DNA of 49,410 bases from positions 1-49,410 of the forward strand of contig JABDNM010000214.1 of assembly GCA_013043825.1 (NCBI GenBank), written 5' to 3'. The notes beneath the pieces were generated by a model. That model had not been told where the DNA came from. It made no database searches and saw only the letters and a program-made list of their open reading frames with translations. Shown here in pieces: positions 35,738-45,353 of this stretch (position 1 is the first letter of the stretch; every line of letters starts with the position of its first letter). The position numbers and the translations under genes were made by a program. The stretch comes from Flavobacteriaceae bacterium. GTDB lineage: Bacteria > Bacteroidota > Bacteroidia > Flavobacteriales > Flavobacteriaceae.

Positions 35738-37048
35738 ATGGGAACATTTCAAATAGAAGGTGGCCATTCATTACAAGGAGAGATCAGGCCCCAAGGGGCT
35801 AAAAATGAGGCCCTGCAGATACTTTGTGCTGTATTGCTTACTTCGGAAGAAGTAATCATCGAAAACATACCCGACATCCTGGATGTTAATAAACTCATTA
35901 CCATTCTCGGGAACCTGGGAGTTAAGATCCAAAAACTTGGAAAGGGAAAGTATTCGTTCATCGCAGACGACGTACAACTCGATTATCTTGAATCTGAACT
36001 GTTTAAAAAGGAAGGCAGTTCCCTCCGTGGATCCATCATGATCGTTGGACCCTTGTTGGGACGCTTCGGAAAGGGATACATCCCAAGACCAGGAGGAGAT
36101 AAGATAGGTCGTAGAAGACTCGACACTCATTTTGAAGGATTTATTCGCTTAGGCGCAAAATTCAGGTATAACACTGAGGACCGTTTTTATGGGGTGGAAG
36201 CTCCCAAGGGTTTAGAAGGAACCTATATGTTATTGGACCAGGCTTCCGTTACCGGCACCGCCAATATTGTGATGGCCGCTGTGTTGGCGAAAGGAACTAC
36301 CACTATTTATAATGCGGCCTGTGAGCCCTATCTTCAGCAGTTATGTAAGATGCTGAATTCCATGGGGGCCAAGATCTCTGGCGTAGGCTCAAACCTACTC
36401 ACCATTGAAGGGGTGAATAAACTGGGTGGATGCACCCATCGAGTCCTTCCCGATATGGTCGAGATAGGCAGTTGGATCGGCTTAGCAGCCATGACACGTT
36501 CAGAGATCACCATCAAGGATGTGAGTTGGGAAAACCTCGGACTGATCCCGGAAACATTCAGAAAACTGGGTATTAAACTCGAAAAGAAGGGCGATGATAT
36601 TTATATACCTGCTCAGGAAAGCTATGAGATCCAGGGATATATTGACGGCTCTACACTCACCGTGGCCGATGCACCCTGGCCAGGTTTTACTCCAGACTTG
36701 TTGAGTATCGTTTTGGTAGTATGCACCCAGGCAAAGGGAAGTGTGCTCATTCACCAGAAAATGTTTGAAAGCAGGTTATTCTTCGTGGATAAGCTCATCG
36801 ATATGGGAGCCAGGATCATCCTATGCGATCCTCACAGGGCAACGGTAATAGGGCATAACTTCGAATCGGACCTGAAAGCTACAACCATGGTGTCTCCGGA
36901 CATCAGAGCAGGAATTTCTCTATTGATCGCAGCCTTGTCGGCTAATGGAACAAGTACCATCCACAATATTGAACAGATCGATCGGGGTTATGAGAAGATT
37001 GATGACCGTTTGCGCAAAATTGGTGCTAAGATCACTCGTATAGAATAG
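35738..37048 (+). CDS. murA: UDP-N-acetylglucosamine 1-carboxyvinyltransferase
   Basis: GAKNEAL, PGGDKIGRR, SVTGT.N, PWPGFTPD, FESR, DIRAG and IDRGYE. Confidence 0.97.
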   Translation: MGTFQIEGGHSLQGEIRPQGAKNEALQILCAVLLTSEEVIIENIPDILDVNKLITILGNLGVKIQKLGKGKYSFIADDVQLDYLESELFKKEGSSLRGSIMIVGPLLGRFGKGYIPRPGGDKIGRRRLDTHFEGFIRLGAKFRYNTEDRFYGVEAPKGLEGTYMLLDQASVTGTANIVMAAVLAKGTTTIYNAACEPYLQQLCKMLNSMGAKISGVGSNLLTIEGVNKLGGCTHRVLPDMVEIGSWIGLAAMTRSEITIKDVSWENLGLIPETFRKLGIKLEKKGDDIYIPAQESYEIQGYIDGSTLTVADAPWPGFTPDLLSIVLVVCTQAKGSVLIHQKMFESRLFFVDKLIDMGARIILCDPHRATVIGHNFESDLKATTMVSPDIRAGISLLIAALSANGTSTIHNIEQIDRGYEKIDDRLRKIGAKITRIE

Positions 37049-37050
37049 AA

Positions 37051-37620
37051 TTATTTATTCTTGTTGATCTCATCCTGAAGTTTTCTTCTTAACTGCTGTT
37101 CCCGTTCCAGAGCCCGTTGACGGTGTGATTCAAATTCATCTTCCGTTTCGGCCAATTTTAAATTCGCAGCTTTGGTGATGGAATTACTCGTTCTGAACTT
37201 GAAGAGCAGATACAAGACGATCAATGCCAGAATCCCAATTAGGGTCCACATGATAAGTTTGTATGTTGATTTCTTGATTAACGAGCCGAACAACTCTATT
37301 CCATCTTCCTTGTCCCGTGAGGTGGTGAGATCGGATTGTAATTGGGACACCTGGTTTTTAAGCGTGTCAATCTCGGACCGTTGAGCAGCGATTGCGGCAT
37401 TGGCGTTTTGCAGGTTCAACTCGATAGCAGCAATACTGTCTTTTACGTTCTTCCGAAGATTGTTGAGTTTGTAGATCTTGACGACCTTATAATCTTCGTA
37501 TCGATTAGATTTATCGATCACATCGGTAAATTGTTCATCCAATGTAGTGGTTTGTTGTGCAGATAGTGATGCAGTCCAACCAATAATGAGGACTACACAA
37601 ATTAGGGATAATTGTTTCAT
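37051..37620 (-). CDS. Conserved exported coiled-coil protein with one C-proximal TM helix
   Basis: Signal peptide from ATG 37620, heptad coiled coil, TM segment (LIMWTLIGILALIVLYLLF), then a second coiled coil. Confidence 0.75.
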   Translation of the reverse strand: MKQLSLICVVLIIGWTASLSAQQTTTLDEQFTDVIDKSNRYEDYKVVKIYKLNNLRKNVKDSIAAIELNLQNANAAIAAQRSEIDTLKNQVSQLQSDLTTSRDKEDGIELFGSLIKKSTYKLIMWTLIGILALIVLYLLFKFRTSNSITKAANLKLAETEDEFESHRQRALEREQQLRRKLQDEINKNK

Positions 37621-37701
37621 TGTAGGCAGGTTTGTTTTGGCAAAGTGACCGCAAAAAAGAGGATTAATTGCCACTCAAAGTGATAAATTTTGTTAAAATT
37701 A

Positions 37702-37935
37702 CTAGCTGTTGGCCAGTTCTTTCACTCGAGTAAAGCTTAGCGCACCTGAAGGACATTTCTTGACTTGAGCAATGATTTGTTCATTGTCTGCACCATCCAG
37801 ATTTATCCACGGGATAATTGTTGTCCGGAAGACTTCTTCCAGTCCACGGTAACAAGCTTCGGCATGAATACACTTTTTTGGTTCGTAGGTAACTGTAATT
37901 TCCCGATTGGAAAATTGATTATCGGACGTTTCCAT
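37702..37935 (-). CDS. Divergent 4Fe-4S mono-cluster protein (YjdI-like)
   Basis: CIHAEAC...PWI...CPSGAL. Confidence 0.85.
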   Translation of the reverse strand: METSDNQFSNREITVTYEPKKCIHAEACYRGLEEVFRTTIIPWINLDGADNEQIIAQVKKCPSGALSFTRVKELANS

Positions 37936-38042
37936 AAGCTGCGATTTGGGGGTTATGTAACTACCTTAGATTCAATTATATCGATAAATATATACATTTT
38001 ATCGAATAAAACAAGAAAAAATGAAGAAAATTCTTACTTATG

Positions 38043-39347
38043 TCATTGAACTGCTGCTCTATAGGTTTTGAGGCAACGTTCTCTCGCTTCTTTGTGATCG
38101 ACCATAGGCTCCGGGTATTCAGACGTATCGAATTCGGGGATCCATTGCTTTATATATTTGTGATCCTTGTCGAATTTATCGATCTGTGTCGTTGGATTGA
38201 AGATCCTGAAATATGGAGCTGCGTCTACTCCGCTGCCAGCTGCCCACTGCCAGTTACCAATATTACTTGCGAGTTCGAAATCTAATAACTTTTCAGCAAA
38301 GTACGCCTCTCCCCATCTCCAGTCGATCAATAGATGTTTACACAAGAAACTCGCAACCAGCATCCTCACGCGATTATGCATATAACCAGATTCATTCAGC
38401 TGGCGCATTCCTGCATCAACCAGGGGAAAGCCTGTTGTTCCACTCTTCCATTTTTCAAACTCCTCTTCATTATTACGCCATTCGATACGATCGTATTTCG
38501 CTCTGAAAGCCTTGTCCACTGTATGAGGAAAGTGCCATAGGATTTGCATAAAGAACTCTCTCCATATCAATTCTTGCCAGAATACTTCGTTTTTTTCCTG
38601 TGCAGCTTTCCGAATCATCTTTCGAATACTCACCGTTCCAAACCGCAGATGTGGGCCCAGATGGGACGTACCGTCCTTGGCTGGGTAATTCCTGGTTTTT
38701 TCATAATCCTGAATCAATTCCGAAGAAACAGAATAATCGGGAACTTCGATGGAAGAGCGCTCAAATCCTAGTTCTTCCATGGATATTTCCGGCCAATTAA
38801 AAGATTTCAACAAATTAGAATCTTCGTTCGGAGTTTGATGAATTGTTGGCAGCCCATCCTTATTAAACTTACTTTTCCAGGTCTTCATGTAAGGAGTATA
38901 AACCACATAAGGGTCTCCATCATCCTTAACCACTTCGTCTTTTTCGTAAAAAACCTGGTCCTTAAAACTGTTGAAATCAATGTTTTCTTTCGAAAGTAGC
39001 TTTTCGATATCTGAATCCCGCTCCTTGGCATAGGGCTCATAGTCGTGATTGGTGTAAACTGCCGAGATATCGAGATCACTTATGAGCTGCTTGAATATTT
39101 CCTTTGGCCTGCCATGATACACGCCCAATCCACTTCCCAATTCATCCAGTTGTGAACGAATAGAGGATATTTGGTCGTAGATAAAGGTCACACGGGGATC
39201 GTCTTTAGGGAGATTATCCAGGATTTCCGTATCGAAAATGAAGATGGCTAATACAGGGTTATCATCGCTAAGAGCGTTGAAGAGGCCAACATTGTCGTCC
39301 AGTCTTAAATCTCTTCGGAACCAAAACAAGGAGATCTTCTTTTTCAT
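38043..39347 (-). CDS. Cryptochrome/DNA photolyase family protein
   Basis: WFRRDLRLDDN, TSHLGPHLRFG, LIWREF, TGFPLVDAGMRQL, HNRVRM and GNWQW. Confidence 0.95.
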   Translation of the reverse strand: MKKKISLFWFRRDLRLDDNVGLFNALSDDNPVLAIFIFDTEILDNLPKDDPRVTFIYDQISSIRSQLDELGSGLGVYHGRPKEIFKQLISDLDISAVYTNHDYEPYAKERDSDIEKLLSKENIDFNSFKDQVFYEKDEVVKDDGDPYVVYTPYMKTWKSKFNKDGLPTIHQTPNEDSNLLKSFNWPEISMEELGFERSSIEVPDYSVSSELIQDYEKTRNYPAKDGTSHLGPHLRFGTVSIRKMIRKAAQEKNEVFWQELIWREFFMQILWHFPHTVDKAFRAKYDRIEWRNNEEEFEKWKSGTTGFPLVDAGMRQLNESGYMHNRVRMLVASFLCKHLLIDWRWGEAYFAEKLLDFELASNIGNWQWAAGSGVDAAPYFRIFNPTTQIDKFDKDHKYIKQWIPEFDTSEYPEPMVDHKEARERCLKTYRAAVQ

Positions 39348-39349
39348 AA

Positions 39350-40042
39350 TCAGGATTGCAAGGTAGAGATTCCACCGTCGACTCCTATTATTTGTCCTGT
39401 CATCCAGGACGATTTATCGGAGATCAGAAATTCGGCAATTTGAGCGATATCCTCGGGAGTTCCTACTCGCTTGAGGGGATGTCGTCCCCCCATTTTTTCT
39501 ATCTTTTCTTCCGAAGAGAGTAGTTTTTCGGCTAAAGGGGTGTTGGTTAAGGATGGTGCGATTACATTTACCCGGAAAGAAGGGGCATATTCTGCCGCAA
39601 GTGCCTTTGCGAATCCTTCAATCGCCCCTTTGGCGGCCGCTACACTGGTGTGAAATGGCATCCCTACTTTAACCGCAACGGTGCTAAAAAACACAAGACT
39701 GGCTTGTTCAGAGTTCTTTAGATTCGGTAGTAAGCCGTGTACAACACGCTCCAGAGCAAAGAAATTGATCTCCATATCTTCTTCGAAAGATTCGGGACGA
39801 AGCATCTTAAACGGACGAAGATTTATGCTTCCCGGACAGTAAACAAGAGCGTCGATACGGTCTGGTAACCCCAAGGTTGAAATATCATCTTCCAGTGCAT
39901 TAAAGCTATGATGAGTCACGAATTGTGGTAAGCCTTCCGCCGTGCGGGAGGCAACATGTATTTCATGGGAATTACCCAGTAATTCAAGGATCTTGGCACC
40001 TATTCCGTAGGTACCCCCTATGAGAAGAATATTTTTTTTCAT
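39350..40042 (-). CDS. SDR-family oxidoreductase
   Basis: GGTYGIG, AAAKGAIEG, RVNVIAP and TGQIIGVDGG. Confidence 0.9.
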   Translation of the reverse strand: MKKNILLIGGTYGIGAKILELLGNSHEIHVASRTAEGLPQFVTHHSFNALEDDISTLGLPDRIDALVYCPGSINLRPFKMLRPESFEEDMEINFFALERVVHGLLPNLKNSEQASLVFFSTVAVKVGMPFHTSVAAAKGAIEGFAKALAAEYAPSFRVNVIAPSLTNTPLAEKLLSSEEKIEKMGGRHPLKRVGTPEDIAQIAEFLISDKSSWMTGQIIGVDGGISTLQS

Positions 40043-40521
40043 GCGCTGAGTTGTTGTGATCGCATTTCACCAAAAAGCTGTGTTAGTTTCTGCCTGCGAT
40101 ATTCAAATATTTTCTTGAGCTGTGGTCTAACCAATAATGGATGGAGCCATTGACCAAGGATCCCGAAAGGTACCTTGTAATCGATTATATCCTCCATTTC
40201 AACTCCACCGTCTACCTCGGTAATAAAATGTTTGTGATGCCATAATGCGTATGGTCCAAAACGTTGCTCATCGACAAAGTAACTACCTTCGGTAACGTGA
40301 GTTATCTCCGTGACCCATTTGGTTTTAATTCCTTTGAACGGACTTACGAGGTATTGAATGATCTGTCCGGCATACATGGGTCTGTCTGCACCAGATAGAA
40401 TGTTGAATCCCATACTGTCCGGGGTTATGACTTTAAGATTTTTTGGATTCGATAAAAACGCCCAAGCCTCATCCCTGGTGATGGGAAGACGCTGTTTTTC
40501 GTGAAGTGTATAAATTTTCAA
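40039..40521 (-). CDS. SRPBCC-family protein
   Basis: P.NL..ITP and FVDEQRFGPY..W.H.H; TTG start. Confidence 0.85.
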   Translation of the reverse strand: MKIYTLHEKQRLPITRDEAWAFLSNPKNLKVITPDSMGFNILSGADRPMYAGQIIQYLVSPFKGIKTKWVTEITHVTEGSYFVDEQRFGPYALWHHKHFITEVDGGVEMEDIIDYKVPFGILGQWLHPLLVRPQLKKIFEYRRQKLTQLFGEMRSQQLSA

Positions 40522-40537
40522 ATGCTGTTGTTTAAGA

Positions 40538-40545
40538 CAAATGTA
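40538..40545 (-). promoter_or_regulatory. -7 promoter element of the SRPBCC-SDR-photolyase operon
   Basis: Minus-strand TACATTTG, flanked by TAAACA-type repeats. Confidence 0.6.
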
Positions 40546-40893
40546 TAAATTGTTTATATATTTACCCTAAACATTAAACAAAAATTAACAATCTACTTAC
40601 GCGGAGCAGTTAACCGATGGTTCATTTTTAATAACCTTTCTATCGATTTGTGTGCAGATCGAGAATTGGACTTCTCAATATTTTTGGATTTTCTAAAATA
40701 AGGCAGCACCATTTTTTCTTTAAAGATACTAAGTACAATGGATAAGAGTCAAGTGTTAAGAGCAAGATTAACAGTTAATTAGCATTAGCATAATAATCCA
40801 CTGAGATTGGCTTCTTTTAAGTTTTTGTTAACTATTAAAAATGGGGCAAATTGTACCTTCGTAACAATCGTAAAAACCATAAAATAAACCATA

Positions 40894-41739
40894 ATGAAAA
40901 AATTTATTCTGTTATTTTGCTTAGGCTTATTTACATTGACAGCCTCTGCTCAGGTGCAGACCCCTGCGCCCAGCCCATTTCAAAAAATTGAACAAAAAGT
41001 GGGGTTGACCGATGTTACCCTGGAGTACTCTCGCCCATCTGTGAAAGGAAGAACCATTTTTGGAGGACTCGTCCCTTACGGGAAGCTCTGGAGAACAGGC
41101 GCAAATGCCAATACCAAGATCACCTTTGGGGACGATGTCGTTATAGGTGGCAAAACTTTGAAAGCAGGTAGTTATGCTGTTTACACTATGCCGGGAGCAG
41201 AAAATTGGGAAGTTATCTTCTACAGCGATGCTGGCAATTGGGGGACTCCTCAAAAGTGGGACGAGTCGAAAGTAGCTGCCAAAGTTAAGGCTCCTGTTTA
41301 TCCAATGCCCGATCCGGTTCAGACATTTACAATGACCTTCGATGACCTGAAGAACGATTCTGCTACCATGGGCATAATTTGGGAAAAGGCTTACGTTGGT
41401 GTTCCCATTAAATTTCACACCGATAAAATGGTTACTTCCAGTATCGAGTCTGTGATGAATGGTCCATCTTCCAACGATTATTACAGCGCTGCTGTTTACT
41501 ACCTGGAAGCGGGAAAAGACATTAATAAAGCAAAGATGTGGATCGACAAGGCTATCGAAATGAGAGAGAAACCAGCCTTCTGGTTCCACAGACAACAATC
41601 TCTTATTTATGCTAAGGCCGGAGACAAAAAAGGAGCGGTAAAAGCGGCTCAAACTTCTTTGAAATTAGCCCAAGAAGCAGGTAATGACGACTATATCGCG
41701 TTAAACACCAAGTCCTTGAAAGAGTGGGGGGCCATGTAA
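40894..41739 (+). CDS. DUF2911 domain protein with C-terminal TPR-like helices
   Basis: Signal peptide; YSRPSVKGR.IFG.LVPYG..WRTGAN. Confidence 0.88.
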   Translation: MKKFILLFCLGLFTLTASAQVQTPAPSPFQKIEQKVGLTDVTLEYSRPSVKGRTIFGGLVPYGKLWRTGANANTKITFGDDVVIGGKTLKAGSYAVYTMPGAENWEVIFYSDAGNWGTPQKWDESKVAAKVKAPVYPMPDPVQTFTMTFDDLKNDSATMGIIWEKAYVGVPIKFHTDKMVTSSIESVMNGPSSNDYYSAAVYYLEAGKDINKAKMWIDKAIEMREKPAFWFHRQQSLIYAKAGDKKGAVKAAQTSLKLAQEAGNDDYIALNTKSLKEWGAM

Positions 41740-41761
41740 ACCAACCTCATTTAAAATAGAT

Positions 41762-41787
41762 AACGCCCTCTAGGAGGGCGTTTTTTT
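41762..41787 (+). terminator. Rho-independent terminator between convergent genes
   Basis: AACGCCCTC-TAG-GAGGGCGTT plus T-run. Confidence 0.85.
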
Positions 41788-42130
41788 ATGCGCCTGCCTT
41801 CCGTTCATAGAACGTAATTTCCAAGCCGTCGACGGCCTTTTTAACTTCTGCGGAAGGGGTACCGTATACTTCACCCGAGAATTGAGTGATTCCCATCATA
41901 GGCCCTAAATTCTCACCTACGTTCCCCAAGTGTTCCAGGAAAGCTTCCGAATCCCGGTAGGTTTCCTTTACGATGCACACCGATTGATCTGAATTATAGT
42001 ACCAGTCGTATTCGGTGGTTCCTGTATCTTTTTCTTTAACCGCCTCGATACATCGATTTTGATAATTCTTAAATTCATCCAGCTTTCCGTCGTGGATGCT
42101 AAATTTCGCGTTTACATGTAATGCTCCCAT
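41786..42130 (-). CDS. ABM-family (putative quinol monooxygenase-like) protein
   Basis: 114 aa; G...Y.W...E.Y.DSEAF..HL pattern. Confidence 0.75.
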   Translation of the reverse strand: MGALHVNAKFSIHDGKLDEFKNYQNRCIEAVKEKDTGTTEYDWYYNSDQSVCIVKETYRDSEAFLEHLGNVGENLGPMMGITQFSGEVYGTPSAEVKKAVDGLEITFYERKAGA

Positions 42131-42275
42131 GTTGGTTGTTTTATTTGAATTGTTCGATAAAGGTCGTTCTGGCCAGATCTACCTCTTATAGGTAACCTTA
42201 GATTTGGAAGCAAAGGTATAAAGTTAGTGTAATATATTGAAAAACAACAGTTTAAAGATCATAAATTGAATTATT

Positions 42276-42743
42276 CTAATTCACCTTTCGAAAGTTAAAG
42301 ATGTATTCTACCAGGCTATCATTCTCTTTACCCTGAATAGTTCTCCGGTAATTCAAACTGTCTTGAAATTTGTAAGTCACCTTGATAGGATTGCTATAAT
42401 CGTCATTGAAAAATACTAACTTGTTATCCATTGATTCGATCGCTTTGAAGATCTTTGGGTTCGAATTCTTTATCACACTGAACAAGATCACTTCTTCTCC
42501 CACCTTCATAATCTGTGATTTTGCACTGTAGGAGGTGTCTGCAGCTTCAATATAATAACCTTGTTGTTCCATCCAGCCGTCGTCGTTCAGATGCCAGGAC
42601 TCATGCAATTCCCCATCAAACGCCTTGGCTGTCCAGGCTCCATTTAATTTTTCCTCGAGATTTAATTTATCCTGGATTGCTGTTTCCTGTTCACCACAAG
42701 CGAGGAGAAAAAAGGCAAATAAAACAAGATGCAGCTTTTTCAT
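42276..42743 (-). CDS. Lipoprotein, DUF6265-like
   Basis: Lipobox LLA-C; L.G.W...E.W and F.N....P....Y pattern. Confidence 0.6.
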   Translation of the reverse strand: MKKLHLVLFAFFLLACGEQETAIQDKLNLEEKLNGAWTAKAFDGELHESWHLNDDGWMEQQGYYIEAADTSYSAKSQIMKVGEEVILFSVIKNSNPKIFKAIESMDNKLVFFNDDYSNPIKVTYKFQDSLNYRRTIQGKENDSLVEYIFNFRKVN

Positions 42744-43540
42744 TTGGACCGTTTTAGGTAGTTCTTTGCAATCTTATGGTTGAGGAATTCTATTCCCAGC
42801 GAGAATGCAATGGCAAAGTAGAGATACCCCTTCGGAATGGCACCTACCGTTTGCCCAAAGAGCATGGTTTCCGAAAGATGGGCTGCCTCTGTGATCAACA
42901 TAAAACCTATTAAGATCAGGAAGGCCAGGGCCAACACCTGGATGCTAGGATGGGTATGAATGAACCTACGAATCCTATTTGCAAAAACGATCATGATAAT
43001 GATCGAGATCACAACAGCTATGACCATGAGGACAAGATTATAATTTTGATTCGGTGATAGCCCGTTCGTCATACCCACCGCGGTTAGAATGGAGTCGATC
43101 GAAAAGATGAAGTCAATGATTAATATTTGAACTATTGCTTGGGACAATGAATTCACCGCTTTGGTGGCTACTTTGAGTTCATCATGGGCCGGAGCCTCCA
43201 CTTTTTCTCTTATCTCGGAAGTGCTTTTATAAATTAGAAACAAGCCTCCTACAAATAGTATAACCGCTTGCCAACTTATCCCCATTGTTAACCAACTATT
43301 ATCAATGGTATAGAAAGGTTCTTTCAAACTCACTAAAAAGGAAACAAAGAATAACAGCACGATGCGTTGGACCATGGCGAAGAGAAGCCCGATATTTGTT
43401 GCCTTTCCTCGTTGATGTTCCGGGAGTTTATTGGCCGCGATCGAGATAAAAATAATATTATCGATTCCTAAAATAGTCTCCAGGAAGGTAAGTGTCACTA
43501 AGGCCATGATGGCATCGCTGGTGAGAAGAAAGTCAAGCAT
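42740..43540 (-). CDS. TerC-family membrane protein
   Basis: LE.ILGIDNIIFI, D.IFSIDSILTAVG and PKGYLYFAIAFS. Confidence 0.92.
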   Translation of the reverse strand: MLDFLLTSDAIMALVTLTFLETILGIDNIIFISIAANKLPEHQRGKATNIGLLFAMVQRIVLLFFVSFLVSLKEPFYTIDNSWLTMGISWQAVILFVGGLFLIYKSTSEIREKVEAPAHDELKVATKAVNSLSQAIVQILIIDFIFSIDSILTAVGMTNGLSPNQNYNLVLMVIAVVISIIIMIVFANRIRRFIHTHPSIQVLALAFLILIGFMLITEAAHLSETMLFGQTVGAIPKGYLYFAIAFSLGIEFLNHKIAKNYLKRSK

Positions 43541-43545
43541 GGAAG

Positions 43546-45237
43546 TTAAGTTTCAATATATTCTTTTGTTTTTGGAAAGATCGTCTGTAGGATCATGGCC
43601 AAAACCATTACCAAAATACAACCTAATGCGTTCAGCCACAAATAGGGCAGTATATCGACGTACCAAACTACACCTACAACGATTTGCGTAATAATAGCTG
43701 AGATGAATGTAGCTCGACTCTTTACAAATTTAATAAAGAAGGCCAAGAGAAAGACACCCAGGATATTTCCATAGAATATGGAACCAATAATATTTACTAA
43801 CTGAATTAAGTTATCGAACAGATTCGCGACACAAGCAACTAATATGGCAATGATTCCCCACATTAATGTGAACCATTTGCTGATACGCACATAATGACGT
43901 TCACTTCGTCCTTCCCAGTTCCGTTTATAAAAATCGATCGCAGTTGTTGAACCTAAGGCATTCAATTCGGCAGCCGTAGAGGACATGGCTGCACTCAAAA
44001 TAACCGCGAGCAAGAGACCGATGAGGCCCATGGGTAAGTTGTTCAAAATAAAATGAATGAAAACATAGTCCTTATCGTTGGTCTCCGCTTCGGGATTCGC
44101 TTTTAGGATGAGAGCTTTGGACGATTCGCGTAAAGCTGTTTCCGACTGGTTAAGCAATTGCATTTGCTCGATCATACTTTCTTTTACGTCGGAATTGGTC
44201 TCGCGTGAAAAGTCCGATTGCAGGGTGTAAATTTCCGATTCCAGCAATTGTTTCTCGGTCTGCAGATCACGATACTCCTCGGCATAGGCACTGTTTAATA
44301 CATCGGCTTCGGCAGCAGGGTTAAAATTTAGCGGGGAACTATTGAATTGATAGAAAACGAATACCATGACCCCTATCAAGAGAATGAAAAATTGGAGTGG
44401 CACCTTCAAAACTCCGTTCATGATCAAACCCATCTGGCTCTCGCGTACGGATCTTCCGGAAATATAACGCTGTACCTGGCTTTGATCTGTTCCGAAGTAC
44501 GATAACATCAAAAAAGTACCACCCAGGAGTCCGGTCCAGACTGTATATCTATTTTCAAGGTCGAATGAAAAATCCAGGATCTCCATTTTACCGTTGGCAC
44601 CGGCAATCTCCAATGCATTGTCAAAACCAACGTCCAGGGGCAGGAAATTCAATATGATGAGAAAGGCGATGATCAAACCACCGAAAATAATGGCCATTTG
44701 TTGCTTTTGGGTTATGTTCACGGCCTTCGTACCACCACTAACTGTGTAAATAACGACCAGGATACCGATGATGATATTTAGGTAAATGAGATTCCAGCCT
44801 AATACTGCCGATAAGATAATTGCGGGTGCGAAAATAGTTATCCCGGCTGCCAGTCCACGCTGGACCAGAAAGAAAAAAGCTGTGAGGGAGCGGGTCTTTC
44901 TATCGAAACGTGACTCCAGAAACTCGTAAGCCGTAAATACATTCATTTTATGGTATAGCGGAATAAAGACCAGACAGATGATCACCATAGCCAGGGGCAA
45001 TCCAAAATAGAACTGGACGAACCCCATTCCATCGTGGAAAGCCTGTCCAGGAGTAGAGAGAAAGGTAATGGCACTGGCTTGGGTAGCCATCACGCTCAAT
45101 CCTATGGTCCACCATTTACTGCTGTTACCACCTTTGAGATATTCGCTTACATTTTTATTTCCCCTGCTTTTATAGGTGCCATAGCCTACGATAAAAACGA
45201 GGGTCCCGATTAAGATGATCCAATCTATCGTGCCCAT
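43546..45237 (-). CDS. Sodium:solute symporter (SSS family)
   Basis: GLSVMATQASAITF, AYEFLESRF, GG.KAV..T, DQSQVQRY and SAAMSS. Confidence 0.93.
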   Translation of the reverse strand: MGTIDWIILIGTLVFIVGYGTYKSRGNKNVSEYLKGGNSSKWWTIGLSVMATQASAITFLSTPGQAFHDGMGFVQFYFGLPLAMVIICLVFIPLYHKMNVFTAYEFLESRFDRKTRSLTAFFFLVQRGLAAGITIFAPAIILSAVLGWNLIYLNIIIGILVVIYTVSGGTKAVNITQKQQMAIIFGGLIIAFLIILNFLPLDVGFDNALEIAGANGKMEILDFSFDLENRYTVWTGLLGGTFLMLSYFGTDQSQVQRYISGRSVRESQMGLIMNGVLKVPLQFFILLIGVMVFVFYQFNSSPLNFNPAAEADVLNSAYAEEYRDLQTEKQLLESEIYTLQSDFSRETNSDVKESMIEQMQLLNQSETALRESSKALILKANPEAETNDKDYVFIHFILNNLPMGLIGLLLAVILSAAMSSTAAELNALGSTTAIDFYKRNWEGRSERHYVRISKWFTLMWGIIAILVACVANLFDNLIQLVNIIGSIFYGNILGVFLLAFFIKFVKSRATFISAIITQIVVGVVWYVDILPYLWLNALGCILVMVLAMILQTIFPKTKEYIET

Positions 45238-45238
45238 C

Positions 45239-45346
45239 TTAAGAGTAACTTTTCATTAGAAAATAAAAAAGGACGATATATATGATATTGATGATCAGGA
45301 CCAGGGTATAGCTTTTTCTCCAGATGAATTTGTCCATTTTTTCCAT
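45239..45346 (-). CDS. 35-aa single-TM small protein upstream of the symporter (not in ORF track)
   Basis: MEKMDKFIWRKSYTLVLIINIIYIVLFYFLMKSYS; starts 7 nt after the PIG-L stop and ends 1 nt before the symporter ATG. An alternative start lies at 45337. Confidence 0.7.
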   Translation of the reverse strand: MEKMDKFIWRKSYTLVLIINIIYIVLFYFLMKSYS

Positions 45347-45353
45347 TGATCGA

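Noticed and set aside
40743-40778. Short imperfect repeats TAAGAGTCAAG / TAAGAGCAAG / TAACAGTTAA upstream of the DUF2911 gene
   Set aside because: The spacing is irregular in AT-rich DNA and cannot be distinguished from background by eye.
40927-41652. 241-aa minus-strand ORF
   Set aside because: An antisense shadow of the DUF2911 gene with no recognisable motif.
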